Assembly: GCA_949358305.1 (NCBI GenBank)
Contig: OX442314.1
Span: 10,292,001 to 10,356,000, forward strand
DNA length: 64,000 nt
Origin: Strigamia acuminata
Lineage: Eukaryota
Reading direction: 5' to 3'
Made by a program: the position numbers and the translations under genes. Positions 13,200 to 24,619 of this stretch are shown here, piece by piece (positions within the stretch are counted from its first letter, which is position 1; every line of letters begins with the position of its first letter). The notes under the pieces are model-generated. The model was not told the origin of the DNA. It saw only the letters and a program-made list of their open reading frames with translations, and searched no databases.

Positions 13200-13705
13200 T
13201 CAGGCACTGTTATTTGTCAAAACAATTTGTAACATTTTTGGTCATTGAGATAAGCCAAAAAGATTACAACAGCGTGGAACAAAAACGAATTGGTCATCTG
13301 TAACTTGTGTAATACTGTAGAACTGCTCAAACGGGATTTAATGAAGTGCCCGACCACCCACTGGTTTTGTCAAAATTGCATAAGGTAGCAGGCCGAGAAG
13401 GAAGTGTCCCGAGGCAACTGTAAGATCGATTGCCTTCACCCAGCCCAGATTGCCGAGAAGTGTACTCAGTAGTGGACCTGAAGGAAGTTTTATCGGTTGC
13501 CTACCGAAAATTGTATTTAAAATCACAACTGGAATTAAAGTTAATAGAATTTAATTTGGTTTTGTCAGAGAAAAGGATTTATAAAGGACGAAAGATGTGT
13601 GTTTTACAAAAAAGTTTATATAAGTTGACATGGGAGTGCCAAGTCACATTTTTGGAATGAAGATTTGTTTTAACAAGAAGAGATTTATATTGAGCCAAGA
13701 AGATC
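13200..13705 (+). mobile_element. Highly decayed Ty1/Copia-like remnant
   Basis: KRIGHL..FCQNCI resembles the GAG-pre-integrase motif and FGMKI...ILSQ resembles Copia RT; broken by stops and deletions. Confidence 0.5.
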
Positions 13706-13854
13706 AAGAAGAACAAGAAAGCGCCACTACCAACAGACCAGGATCTGGACATGTACCCAACAACTCTACAGAAACATTTGGTAAATTGTCATCAAAAGAA
13801 AAGCGACTTTGGCTTTGATTGCGCGGAATTGCAATTGAACGAGCAGTTAGCCTC

Positions 13855-13998
13855 GACCGAACCCGTTTCCAGAAGGCGCAAGCCAGCCCAGACGAAACCA
13901 GTTTCCAGAACGCGCAAGCGGGCCCCGACCGAACCTCTTTCCAGACGCGCAAACGGGCCCCGACCGAACCCGTTTCCAGAACGCGCAAATGGGCCCCG
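13855..13998. repeat. ~36-bp GC-rich minisatellite, ~4 copies
   Basis: GACCGAACCCGTTTCCAGAACGCGCAAACGGGCCCC-type units; absent from the paralogous copy near 11020. Confidence 0.8.
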
Positions 13999-14650
13999 AT
14001 GATGCTCAGTACGCACAGTACGCACAGTACGCACAACGCTCAATGGAGTTGCACGATGGGGATGTGTTGTTTCGGGTGGCATTTTTCGTGCTGTTTACTC
14101 ACCCAGGACAACTCGAGGTGTTTTAGACGAGTTGCCGTGTCCTATTTATTCTCATCAAGTGTATTTATTTAGTAAGTTTAGTTTAGTTAGTTAAAATTAG
14201 TAAGTCTCGAGGAGTCCAGGGAAGCATTTTTACACTAGCGCTGAAAATTTGGCCATTTGGCAGCTCGAACAGACGGTCTTTAGTACTTTAGTCAACCTTC
14301 ACAAATTACATATAGAATAGGAATTAACGCCTACTCTGTTTCTGAGGTTGTCTTTCCAAAGTAAAAAAAATGTCAGAATAACATAAAATATGTCCAGTGC
14401 AAAGAAATCAACCTCCAGAGTTAACAAACTAAGGAATAAAAAAAAAAACAGGAAAAAAGCATCGCTAAGTGAATATTTTAGTAAATATAAATTTATAATT
14501 CACGTGTACGGTATTCTTAGTTTTAATGTGTTTAGAATAGAATAAATTTATTTATTTGTTTGTTAATCTGTTTTCATTTGTCAGTCTCATTTGTTTATTT
14601 GTTTATTTTGGAGGTGGTGTTAGCCCTTCTTAGGAATTAAACCTACAATA

Positions 14651-15461
14651 GGGGGTTTCATTATATGAATGATTTTGCAATTTTGTGATTTTGCATTAAT
14701 CACAAAATCATTATTTTTTGATGCCTCCAAAAATGAGTTTACATTGAATTAACCCAGTCAATTTTGCAATTGTGTGATCTGGACAACTTTGTGATTTTTG
14801 AGTATTGTCATGTGATATCTGTTCTCCCAATCACATTCACATTCACTAAAGTACAAGAGAGTGAAAACACAAAATCCCAAAATCATCTAAAAGGTAGTTT
14901 TTGTGATTTTGATGAGAAGTGATTTTGAGGCTTGTGAAAGTCAAAACAAAATGGAGGCATCCAAGCTCTATCTAAGTGGCCAACTTGTATCCTTGTATAT
15001 CATCAATATGCTGATGCATCCATGACTGTATAACAGCTAGGAAACTCAATTAATGGCTCTGGTACAATCTGTGAAACTTATATTTATTAAAATGCACCTT
15101 ATTAAAAAAAATTTTGTTCCATCACACAAATAGAACTAGTTATTTTGCATCACATTTTAAAATTGGTTGGGTATAACTAAAACCCAATATGGTGGATAGG
15201 AAGTCATGTGACTATTTAAATAATTGTTTTTGCACCTAATTGTTAATCACAATTTGTGATGGCCACTTGGATTGAGCTTGGCTGCTGTCATTTTGTCAAA
15301 ATAGCAAAACTACCTTTGATTTTGTGTTTTGTGTATTTTTTCTGTTTTGTGTTTTTGCAATTATGCACATGATTGGTGGAACTGATACCATGTGACAAAT
15401 CCAAAAGTGCAAAATTGCTAAAGTTGCAAAATTACAAAATTGTTTAATTAATGAAACCCCC
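14651..15461. mobile_element. MITE / foldback-like non-autonomous DNA transposon
   Basis: TIR GGGGGTTTCATTA / TAATGAAACCCCC flanked by TA (or AAT if the termini are 1 bp wider); further imperfect inverted blocks internally. Confidence 0.75.
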
Positions 15462-15474
15462 TAATATACGTAGT

Positions 15475-15577
15475 CAGTTTCAAAAGTAGCTGTCGCAGTT
15501 TCAAAAGTAGCTGTCGCAGTTTCAAAAGTAGCTGTCGCAGTTTCAAAAGTAGCTGTCGCAGTTTCAAAAGTAGCTGT
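15475..15577. repeat. 21-bp tandem repeat, ~4.9 copies
   Basis: CAGTTTCAAAAGTAGCTGTCG repeated head to tail without spacers. Confidence 0.95.
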
Positions 15578-15804
15578 AGACACGTGTCGCGATAGATTGT
15601 GTAGGCTAGATGACACGCCCCCTGCAACAGGGCAAAGGTTGAAAAAACTAAAAATAATCCAAGAGCCAGCATATCTATTTTGCAAATACAAGTGGAGCTA
15701 AGAAATTCAGGCGCATTTTCGATAAGCAAAGCATAAACATTTGTTGGATATTAATTAGAAGTGCAATTTCCATCTCACGCAAGTCGTGGAAGAGCTGAAT
15801 ATTC

Positions 15805-16402
15805 TGTGACCGTCAGGCCACCTGGGTGACCTGCGGCACTGCCACACACCACCATACGGCCCCAAAGGTCAACCCCTCTGTGGGTGATTGACCTAGCCCG
15901 GGGAGGAGGGAGTGGAGTGGTGTGGTGAGGAGGGAGTGGAGTGTGAGAGGAGAGTTGAGTGTTGGACACGGCCTGAGAAGGACGTGTCTGCAGCAGCTCC
16001 CAGAGAGGAGAAGTAGTCATCGAGAGGGACGAGAAGTGTCCCAGGTTGAACCCCACACTCCTCACCATTCACCACGTTGATCCTCAGTGCTATGGCGGAG
16101 TCCGTAGTGCAGCCTCCATGAGCGGATACGCGGGTCGCAGGTAAGCGCGACATGAATGTTAAGTCGAACCGACCACGTCACACATTGGACTTCTGCCCAG
16201 TGTGTGACGGGTCGGTTGCCGGTGCGGCGCGCCTTCGTGGCGCCCCTGCAACGGGTAACGGGATTCCCCATACCCCTAGACAACGACAATAAAGGCCAAC
16301 CAACCAATATTGTGGGAATCTCTGTTATTATTACGTGATGTATGCGTCCCTACCCAGTGTGATTAGTCCCCTAGTTACATTGGCGAGACCATACCAGTCA
16401 CA
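15805..16402 (+). repeat. 5' LTR of element 1
   Basis: Same length and no differences seen by eye versus 27672-28269; contains CAG|GTAAGC donor at 16141 and AATAAA at 16288. Confidence 0.95.
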
Positions 16403-16404
16403 AT

Positions 16405-16429
16405 TGAGGGCCCTGTCCGAGATTTGAAC
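16405..16429 (+). promoter_or_regulatory. Degenerate tRNA-Pro-like primer binding site of element 1
   Basis: TGAGGGCCCTGTCCGAGATTTGAAC resembles the tRNA-Pro complement TGGGGGCTCGTCCGGGATTTGAAC, with mismatches. Confidence 0.6.
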
Positions 16430-18537
16430 TTGGAAAGTTTTTTTTTGATCCGCCATTTTGTTTTGCCTTGTGCTCAACCCTTTGTTTCATTGTGGTTAGC
16501 TTTTTGTCTCAATTTTATCGTTGTCACGTATTGTTTTACTAGTTGTTTCAGGTTTTTGTGCATTTTGCTTTATTTTTTGGCGGGGGTCAATTGTATTGTT
16601 TTTCATTTTTCTTTGTTTTGGACTTGGGTTAATTGCTTTTTTATGACCGGAATTGAGGGGGTATTCTGTTTACCACTTTGGGTCCTGGTGGGTTTAGTTG
16701 TGGGAGGCGGGGTGCTTTTTCATTTGAAGGTTGTTAAATTGTATTTTTCTCAGTGCTGGTGTGGTTGGGGCTCTGAAATTAATTTTTTCAGACGCACTGC
16801 AACCAACCAAAACATTGTGATATGTGTTTCTCTAATTGGCTTTGGGAGATTTGCTCACCCCTCGGTCAGTCACAGGGGTGCATGTCACGGTGTCTTATCT
16901 TTTGTGTTTTTCTCCCCTTGTACTGACTTGACCTCGCAGTGCTTTTGTCTTTATTTTTCAATTGCACTGTGTGTCTATTTTGGTGCCGGGTTGGGAAACA
17001 TTTGTTTTTCTTCTGCCACATTTTTTTCCTTGGTTTGAGCTGGGTATTGCTCAGATTTTTGGGAGATTTGTGCAATTTTCTTTTGTTTTATGGTAATTTT
17101 TCTTTTTGTTGGTCTGGCTGGAATTTGTTTGACTTGTTTTTTTTTCTGGTTTTGGCTTGGGTCGACCTGGATGTTTCCTTTAATCATCTTGGGGCGACGT
17201 TGGCCAACCAACGCATGAGCTTGATACCATTTTTTATTATTTTATAATTTTTCATTTCTTGGTGTGCAACCTATAGAGGGAGGAACCAGTTGGGGGTGCT
17301 CAGTTTTTGTGGTTTGAGGTGTTGGAATAGATCTGTTTCATCATCTCAAGGGCAATTGAGAGTGGCTGTTGAGTGTCTTAGAGGGTCGGCACCACACCGG
17401 ACAATTGGTGGATTTGGTTCCTTGATTCCTCTCTCAGGGTCGGGCGATTTGGTGCCTTTTCCGAGTGTGTTTTTTTTTGCGGGAAACGTGGTTGTGGTGT
17501 TGTTGTGGTGGGCGGGCATGCTGCTGGGTGCAGTATATCCCAGTTCAGCCCTGTGCCTCGCCCGGACGATGATAAACTAATGCGGTATATTTAGGGGAGC
17601 TCTGTTCATTACTGGCCAGAGGTACATTCCTGGTTTCAGCGGTTTGAGTAATCTTTTGAATCACAGGCGCACGTACTTCCTTGGAGCACACGGAGACTGG
17701 GTTTCCAACCCTGTCCCGGGCACTGGTGGAAGCAGTTTGGCATGATTTTGGCTTTTTTGTGTTTTTGTGGCCACTTATGGCACGTTTTTGTCAATTTCGC
17801 TGCCATTCTGTCGAAATTGGGTCTCGGATAGCGGGGAAGGCGGCCCTTGCAGGGGACTGCTTGGGTGTCGAGCCTAATGGTGTTTGCTCTCGGACCGCGC
17901 GTGGGATGTTTGCAAACACGAATTGGGTGGCTAACGGCTTTGAAAAGAGACCGTGAATCCAGCCCAACATTCTTTGTTTTCAATGTGCTGTGTGTAGATG
18001 ATTTTGTGATACACGCCACATTTTTCTCCTAACCTTTCTCTTATACTATTTCTACTCTATTTTCATATCCGGATTGGATTGGGAATGTGACACTCCTGGG
18101 GTGTGGACCTAACACATCCTGGCGTTGGGCCGTGTTCAACAGTACTCTGCCCGGTCTAATCCAGATTCAGTCGCCGATTTCTCTTCACTCTTTGTCTGAG
18201 GTGACTGAGTCGATTTTTGCCTCATCAGGGTTATCGCGACCTTGATGGTGTTTTGGGTGTGAATTTGGTGCTTGAGCTAGCTATGCCAAAGGAAGCCTAA
18301 AATACGCGATTTTAGCGTTTTCAGCAGGGGTTAAAACTGGTGGCAGATGTATACACCAGCGCAAAGGAAAACGTACGACCTTAGCATCGAAGCTGTGGGG
18401 CGCGATGAGAAAATGCCACGAAAAATCGATATACGCAGTTTTTTCTACTTGGTTCTGGCGCGAATAATTTAGAACACGAAGGGAAAGACAAACCGTGCAT
18501 TGTGTTTGTTAGTTTGGGAGTGTCAGTAAACTTCCAG

Positions 18538-18754
18538 TCGCCCATTTCTATCTTCTGGGGCGTGGATAAATGCCGGAAAGGTGTTCGCCAGTTTCTATCT
18601 TCTGGGGCGTGGATAAATACCAGAAAGGTGTTCGCTAATTTTTTATTTTTTGGGGCATGGATTAAAAATACCAAAAAGTGTTCGCTAATTTTTTATTTTG
18701 GGGCGTGGATTAAAAATACCAAAGTTTAACCGCTAATTTTGTATTTTGGGGCGC
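18538..18754. repeat. ~46-50-bp tandem repeat, ~5 copies, with GC-box-like cores
   Basis: TTCGC..TTT.TAT.TT.TGGGGCGTGGAT.AA.ATACC units. Confidence 0.85.
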
Positions 18755-19287
18755 AGAGAAGAGCCAAAATTTGTTGTTTTTATTGTTGTTCAATAATTAA
18801 AACTATCTTGTAATAATTTATTATGTTTTATTCTTTATAGTACATTTTAAATCAGTAGCAGATTTGCATGACGCAGTCAGGGTATTGAACCATTGACCTC
18901 GCAGTTCTTCTGCTTAATCGACTTTTAACCCTAAAAGCATGAACTCTGATGAAAGAACAGGATGACACCCCTGGTGCATACCTTTTGTCTTCGCCAGATG
19001 CTTCATTGCCAAATTACTAAAAATAGCTTTGTAGATCTTTGAAGCACCGTTAAGGCGCCCGAAGGTCCAACACATGGCCGGTGGTTGGACATCCCATCTG
19101 AAGGGGAACTGGAACCTTTTTGCAAATTACGGTTGACCTAGTTGTGGGCGGCAGTGATTGGTTAAGGTGACCCTGACGTTTGTTTGTTTATAGGAAGTGG
19201 AGAAGTTTTCGAATAATTCCCCACTCCTAGCTTGTGCGTGGTCTTGATCACACTCACGAGATACCACTGACAAGAATCGGAAAAAGA

Positions 19288-22197
19288 ATGGCAAGCACGG
19301 AACTTGACCCGGCTTGGGCCAGAGAACTGGCCATTCTGTGCGATGTTTATCCATGCGAGATGAAGACGCAGGATGACGTCGTGAGAATCATTAAAAAATA
19401 TCAACGCGACAGGCGGCAGGCAGTGCTTGGCGCCGCCGCTGCCCGTAGCAGCGCGCGTTGGTCCAACTTTGCAGCGAAGCGGGCGCGTAAAGCAGCTGCT
19501 CGCACTCAGAAGGAAGTTACCGAAATGGTGGAAGCTTGGGCAAGATCCACCGTTTCACTCCGGAACGATTTTTCAAAACGCATCTTTGAATTGTCCAGGA
19601 GAGCGGCTGTTGCTCAAGCCGTTGCTCAGGACGACTCGGATGTCGAGGGTGAGCAGGAAGATGCGCCAGATTTGATCGCGGGGAACGACGTGGTTGACCC
19701 CGCCGAACTCTACGACCGGATCTCGCCCTTCCAAGCTCTAAGAACGACTGAAGCAGACGAAGGCGTCGTAACAGACGGCTCGTCGCCCGGTCAAGTTTGT
19801 TTTGTCGGCTTAGCCGTTGGTGCGGTCTGGGATACTGTGAACGTGGCCGGACTGGGGAAGGATCTGCCTCTCCCGTTCGTTGACATTCATTTTTCCGACC
19901 GCAGCGCGGTGGCACTCATGGATTCTGGTGCTTCTGGGCAGTATATGAGTAGTGCCGCGGCCGAGGAATACGGACTAACAGCCTCGATTGAACCCTGCGA
20001 TGATTTTGTTAGGGTTATGACGGGCGGTAGAGTCACCAGTCCCGTCGGGACGGTGAACGTGCATGTCAGCTGGCAGACGGGAGCTGATTGGTTACGGTTT
20101 GCAGTGCTACCTTCCGCGTCTAACTTCATCCTTCTCGGGTGCAGTTGGCTTGGCGAGAATGGCATTGTAATTCGCATCGCCCGGAATGATTGGTATCATA
20201 TCGACAATCCGGGAGTAACGTTTCCTTTCGCCCCTCAGCCTGATCAGCTGGACGAAAAAGGCGCGGATGTTGACAAGTGGGCAAGGGTCACGCTGGAACA
20301 CGGCGTTGATGCGGCCGCACTGTCGATGTCATCCAATCAATTAGATCTATTGGAAGCCTGTAAAATAGAAGACATGCGGAAAGTGAGACTGACTCGTGTT
20401 CTCGACGAGTTTGGACACACCTTCAGCGAGACGGGAGGTTGTCATCCAACAGTAGAGTTGTTAATTCCCACGGGTGATACGCCGCCTTTCTCGTGCAAAG
20501 TCAAACACACATGCCCAGCGGAGGCGAGAGCTCTCCGCCGTTTAGTGCGTAATGCGCTGAAAAGGGGCGAAATAGAGGAAAGCGTTAGTGTCTATAGGAG
20601 CCAGCCAGTCGTAAGTATGTTACCTGATGGAACCTTTGATGCTTGTATAGATTTCAGACAACTGAATGCTATCACGGAGAGGGATGGGTATCAAGTCCCG
20701 TCGATCCCCATGATTTTGGCTTGTCTGGAGGGGAGTATGTTTTTCTCGACGTTAGATCTGGCGATGGGGTGTTTCCAATTACGGATTGCGCCGCTAGACA
20801 GACCTAAAACAGCATTTTATACACCCCTTGGTACTTTTCAATTTGTGAAGTTACCTTACGGTTTGTTGAATACTCCTATGGCGTTTCAACGACTGATGGA
20901 CAAAGTACTCGGCGATGCGAAGTTTAAGTGGGCATTGCCCTACCTGGACTCGATCGTCGTGTTCAGTAAAACATTCGAAGAACATTTAACGCACTTGTCA
21001 GATGTGCTAGGCAGGTTGAACAAGCATTGTTTGACCGCCAGCCCGTCTGGTTCGTGTATTTTATCGACCTCTTGGGATTTTCTGGGCTATTCGATGACTC
21101 GGTACGGTTTCCGACCGAACGAACGCCGCGTTCAGGCGATTGTGGATTATCCGCAACCGAGGAATGTCGCTCAGCTGCGACGTTTCCTTGGCATGTTCGG
21201 CGGAGACACACCGGCGGTCGAGGGTCTCGAACATCTCTCGAATCCACTGGAAGCGCTGCTTAATGACGGCGCTGCGTGGAATTGGTCCAATGAGTGTCAG
21301 GGTGTGTTCCAGCTCTTCAAGGATCATCTTGCGCGTGGGAGCGTGCTTCCTATGCCTGAGTTCAACAGAACTTTTGTCATCCAGGCTGCCGCAAGTAGAG
21401 TTGGGCTCGGAGCAGTCCTCACACAGATGGATCATCAAGGAGTCAAAAGGCCCGTTGCCTACGCGAGTCGTGCGCTGCAAGGCGCCGAGACAGCGTTCAG
21501 CCTGTCAGAATTGGAATGTCTGGCGGTTCTGCAGGCAGTCGCTTCCTTTCGACCATTCATCGCGTACTCGAAGTTCGTCATCGAAACAGGTTGTATGGCG
21601 TTGCTCTGGCTTTTGTCATCAACGAGCGCGTCAGGTCGCCTGGTGCGATGGGCGATGCAACTGCAACAGGTGAGATTTTCGATTAGGTTTAACGAGCGTG
21701 CGGACGACAGGATCGCGGTCGCTCTTTCAAAGGTTGGCCTAGATGACGTGGAAACGACATCGGCGGCTACGCCCGAGGAAGAAGCTGCGATCATGCTGGC
21801 CCACGCGCTCGTTACGGAGAGTCTCGCTGGTACGATCATGTCTTACGACGAGGTTAGACAGGTCCAGCGAGATGACCCGGACTGTAGCGCTGTCATGAAA
21901 TGGTTAGATGAAGGGCAAAGAGACGACCATCTTTTGTCCCAACTCCCACCATCCATGGCGCAATACAAACCAGATTTCGTGTTCGGTGGGTACGGAGAAT
22001 TGTGCATCAATACCCCGTTTTCACCCAACACACCACTAAGCAGGGCGGAGCACGGCTCGGATGTAAAAATCTTGATGCCTGCACCACTGCTTGATTGCTG
22101 CCTTGACGTCATTCGACTGCATCCTCGTTATGCGCAGGATAACGCGGCCGACATGGTGAAAAGGTTGCGACGACTGTTTTTCTGGCCAGGAACGTAG
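19288..22197 (+). CDS. Pol-like protein (969 aa): protease, catalytically substituted RT and RNase H, stop at the start of integrase
   Basis: ALMDSGAS (PR), CIDFRQLN, FSTLDL, LPYGL, YLDS instead of YLDD, IQAAAS/ELE/ETGC/IAVALS in RNase H, ends FFWPGT*; ATG in AGAATGG context. Confidence 0.88.
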   Translation: MASTELDPAWARELAILCDVYPCEMKTQDDVVRIIKKYQRDRRQAVLGAAAARSSARWSNFAAKRARKAAARTQKEVTEMVEAWARSTVSLRNDFSKRIFELSRRAAVAQAVAQDDSDVEGEQEDAPDLIAGNDVVDPAELYDRISPFQALRTTEADEGVVTDGSSPGQVCFVGLAVGAVWDTVNVAGLGKDLPLPFVDIHFSDRSAVALMDSGASGQYMSSAAAEEYGLTASIEPCDDFVRVMTGGRVTSPVGTVNVHVSWQTGADWLRFAVLPSASNFILLGCSWLGENGIVIRIARNDWYHIDNPGVTFPFAPQPDQLDEKGADVDKWARVTLEHGVDAAALSMSSNQLDLLEACKIEDMRKVRLTRVLDEFGHTFSETGGCHPTVELLIPTGDTPPFSCKVKHTCPAEARALRRLVRNALKRGEIEESVSVYRSQPVVSMLPDGTFDACIDFRQLNAITERDGYQVPSIPMILACLEGSMFFSTLDLAMGCFQLRIAPLDRPKTAFYTPLGTFQFVKLPYGLLNTPMAFQRLMDKVLGDAKFKWALPYLDSIVVFSKTFEEHLTHLSDVLGRLNKHCLTASPSGSCILSTSWDFLGYSMTRYGFRPNERRVQAIVDYPQPRNVAQLRRFLGMFGGDTPAVEGLEHLSNPLEALLNDGAAWNWSNECQGVFQLFKDHLARGSVLPMPEFNRTFVIQAAASRVGLGAVLTQMDHQGVKRPVAYASRALQGAETAFSLSELECLAVLQAVASFRPFIAYSKFVIETGCMALLWLLSSTSASGRLVRWAMQLQQVRFSIRFNERADDRIAVALSKVGLDDVETTSAATPEEEAAIMLAHALVTESLAGTIMSYDEVRQVQRDDPDCSAVMKWLDEGQRDDHLLSQLPPSMAQYKPDFVFGGYGELCINTPFSPNTPLSRAEHGSDVKILMPAPLLDCCLDVIRLHPRYAQDNAADMVKRLRRLFFWPGT

Positions 22198-22560
22198 TTT
22201 TCCTTGTTCCGGTCGGACTCAAAACTAATGAAACGTTTATCAGGCGTAGACTCGACGATGCTCTCGTTACTGTCACGCCGGCGAACATAATTTTGGAGTA
22301 ATAAATTGCCCTGGAACGGTGACTAATTTGTAATGGTTGTATGTTTTTTTTTAATCACACTCACCCATGTTCAAACACGCCACCTGTTGCTCGGCAAAAT
22401 CGGTGCGTCGATCGGGAGGTCCGTGGCTAGTCGCAGTGGCCGCCGATCGATCGGTACCAGTCACAAGCATGTGATGCTGCCAAAATAGGTAGAAAAAATT
22501 GCTAAAATTGGTCGGAAAAGTTGGTCTAATGACCGACTTCCCGAGGCCAGTTTCAGCAGT

Positions 22561-22638
22561 CACGTGCAATCTTCACCGATGAGCTCGCGACGCTCTTATG
22601 ACGTCACGAATATCACGGCGGATCGTAGCCATGGCAAC
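22561..22638 (+). promoter_or_regulatory. Putative internal promoter of element 1 (E-box, CRE, RFX X-box)
   Basis: CACGTG at 22561, TGACGTCA at 22599, GTAGCCATGGCAAC at 22625, in a CpG-rich patch. Confidence 0.45.
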
Positions 22639-24619
22639 GGTCTTACACAGCACAGCCGCAATTTTTGAGCGTGTTTTCTTTCACTGCCCGAAAATCGTGG
22701 GTGTTTTTTTTTCGCTAAAAAATTCGAGAAAATGCTGTGGTTGTGAAACAATTTTTTTTTATGAACTTTTATGGTGTTTTTCTCCACATCTGTTGCAAGG
22801 GATCGTCTTTCAACTAGGGGATTGTTTATTTCACCAATTAGAGGGGTGAGGGTGTCGTGAGACCCAATCACAGGTCACGGGTCGGGGATTGTTCTATGTT
22901 TAGACAAAGTTTCTTGTTTCTGGACATCACCCCGTGTGTCACTTGTTTTCGTGAGAGCGAGCCGACAACATCAGTTTGCTGTTCTTGTCTGCGTTTTTCT
23001 TTCGAGACGTTTTTTTTTCGTGTGTTTTCTGATCGATGAAGGTAGGCTGCAATTTTTTACATCATTTGCTGTGCTCTTCCCTCGATCTACGCCCGTGACC
23101 GATTGTTTTCTTACACCCGGACCCCGATCTTGTATAAACTAGCGCGCGGGCTGGCAGCCTTTGGCCGCCGCTCACCGCTAGAGATGCTGGCGAATTGAAT
23201 GGTTTTTCGACTCGCCGCATCCAAATATCTTCACTGAAACACGGTTGATTACGATCAACATGTGTTCGGCGAGTATTTCAAAGCAACTTTTGTGTGAGGA
23301 AACCCGAAAATTTTTTTGCTGTTCCCTCTCACGAAACACTTCGTAACAATTTCTTTTGCATCGGTTTCGATTTACCATTCCATTGTTTCCCTGATTTTCT
23401 ATCACTTCCGTTTCATTTTCTTGCTTCGTTTTCTTCCAATGTTCCTGTAAAAGTTTTTTTTTAAATTTTTTAATTAATCATTTCTAATTTTTTTTTTTGC
23501 GCTTTATTTTTTTTTTGCTCTTATCTTTTTTTTGTTTTTTGCCTCCATTCGCCTGGCCCCCTTTTTTTTCTGTGAAACAGGTGGGTATCGGCGACAGATT
23601 CACGAGTAGAGTGGCAGAGGTTAATTTTTTTTTTGGCCCGCGCCTAACCCCTTGGAATCTGTGCATCCCCATTTCTATTGTCCCTAATTGAGGTCAAAGA
23701 CCCGCAGCTGGTCACTTGAGTCATCGGCGGCTTGATCAGAGACTGTCAGTGTAGGGGAACAATAGCATGTGGCGAGGGGTCGACGCCGCGGTAAAAGGAG
23801 CCGGGAAGTTCGCTTTCCGACTCACTCGTCACTGCGGCGCGACTCGAAGAAATCAAAGTCCGCATCTGTTTGGAGCTTTTCGTTCTTTTCTTTATTCTTC
23901 GACCCCTTCTTTGCTTATTTTGCCCCGAACTCGAGTTTTTCGCTCTCGTTCGGTTTGGTTTTGTTTTTTTTTGTTCACGTTTAAATTGGAGTTTTATTAT
24001 TTCTTTTCTCTTTTCGCTCGCTCCGGGTTGAAAAGGTGTCTTTTCACTTTTTCATCCGCTCGCGTGCTTTCATTAATGTAATCCTCTTTGTCATCATCGA
24101 TGTTCTGCTCGTGTGCTCGCGACTTGACTGGGTTTTGGTGCCGACGCCAAGGACTACCGGCATGCCGGGCCGTTGTGCAGAACGGTCCGCCATGTTGGTT
24201 GCGATTTACGTTGGAGTCACCATCCCTTGCCTTGTCGTGTCTGGAACTCGAGCAACCATCGTACCGCTAACCGAGCTCTACGCTTCGGTCGGGATTCCGT
24301 CATAATCCCGGTTCAATTTTCTTGAACCCAGGAAGGACTTTCGCTCACATCGTCGGAGCGCCGAGGCTAGGCTTCCGCCAGCTCGGTACCCTCGACGATT
24401 GTGTAACGTCCGGTTACGTCACGCGCTCTGCGCATGATCGGGCACTTGGCGCTGCGAGGCTGAGTTTGTCGCCCCCGCGTGCCAAGTTTTGTCCCCATTA
24501 TTTCTCCAATTCTTATTCTTTACTCTACGCTATTTTTTAGTTGTTCTTTTTCAATCCCATGCGTTTTTCAGTGGTTTTGACGGTTTTATTAATTGATTTA
24601 TTTTCTGTTTATTCTTTAG

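Noticed and set aside
13855..13998. 36-bp repeats of CRISPR-like length
   Set aside because: Head-to-tail degenerate minisatellite with no unique spacers
15475..15577. GTTTCAAAA-containing direct repeats resembling a CRISPR array
   Set aside because: Units are contiguous with no spacers, there are no cas genes, and the context is eukaryotic
16424..18032. ORFs in the element 1 leader as a gag
   Set aside because: Products of T-rich low-complexity sequence, with no capsid or CCHC motifs
18945..19000. CTGATGA as a hammerhead ribozyme core
   Set aside because: No stem II followed by GAAA and no matching stems found
22454..22465. TACCAGTCACAA matching the LTR1 3' end
   Set aside because: Only 12 nt with no flanking LTR similarity; cannot be separated from chance
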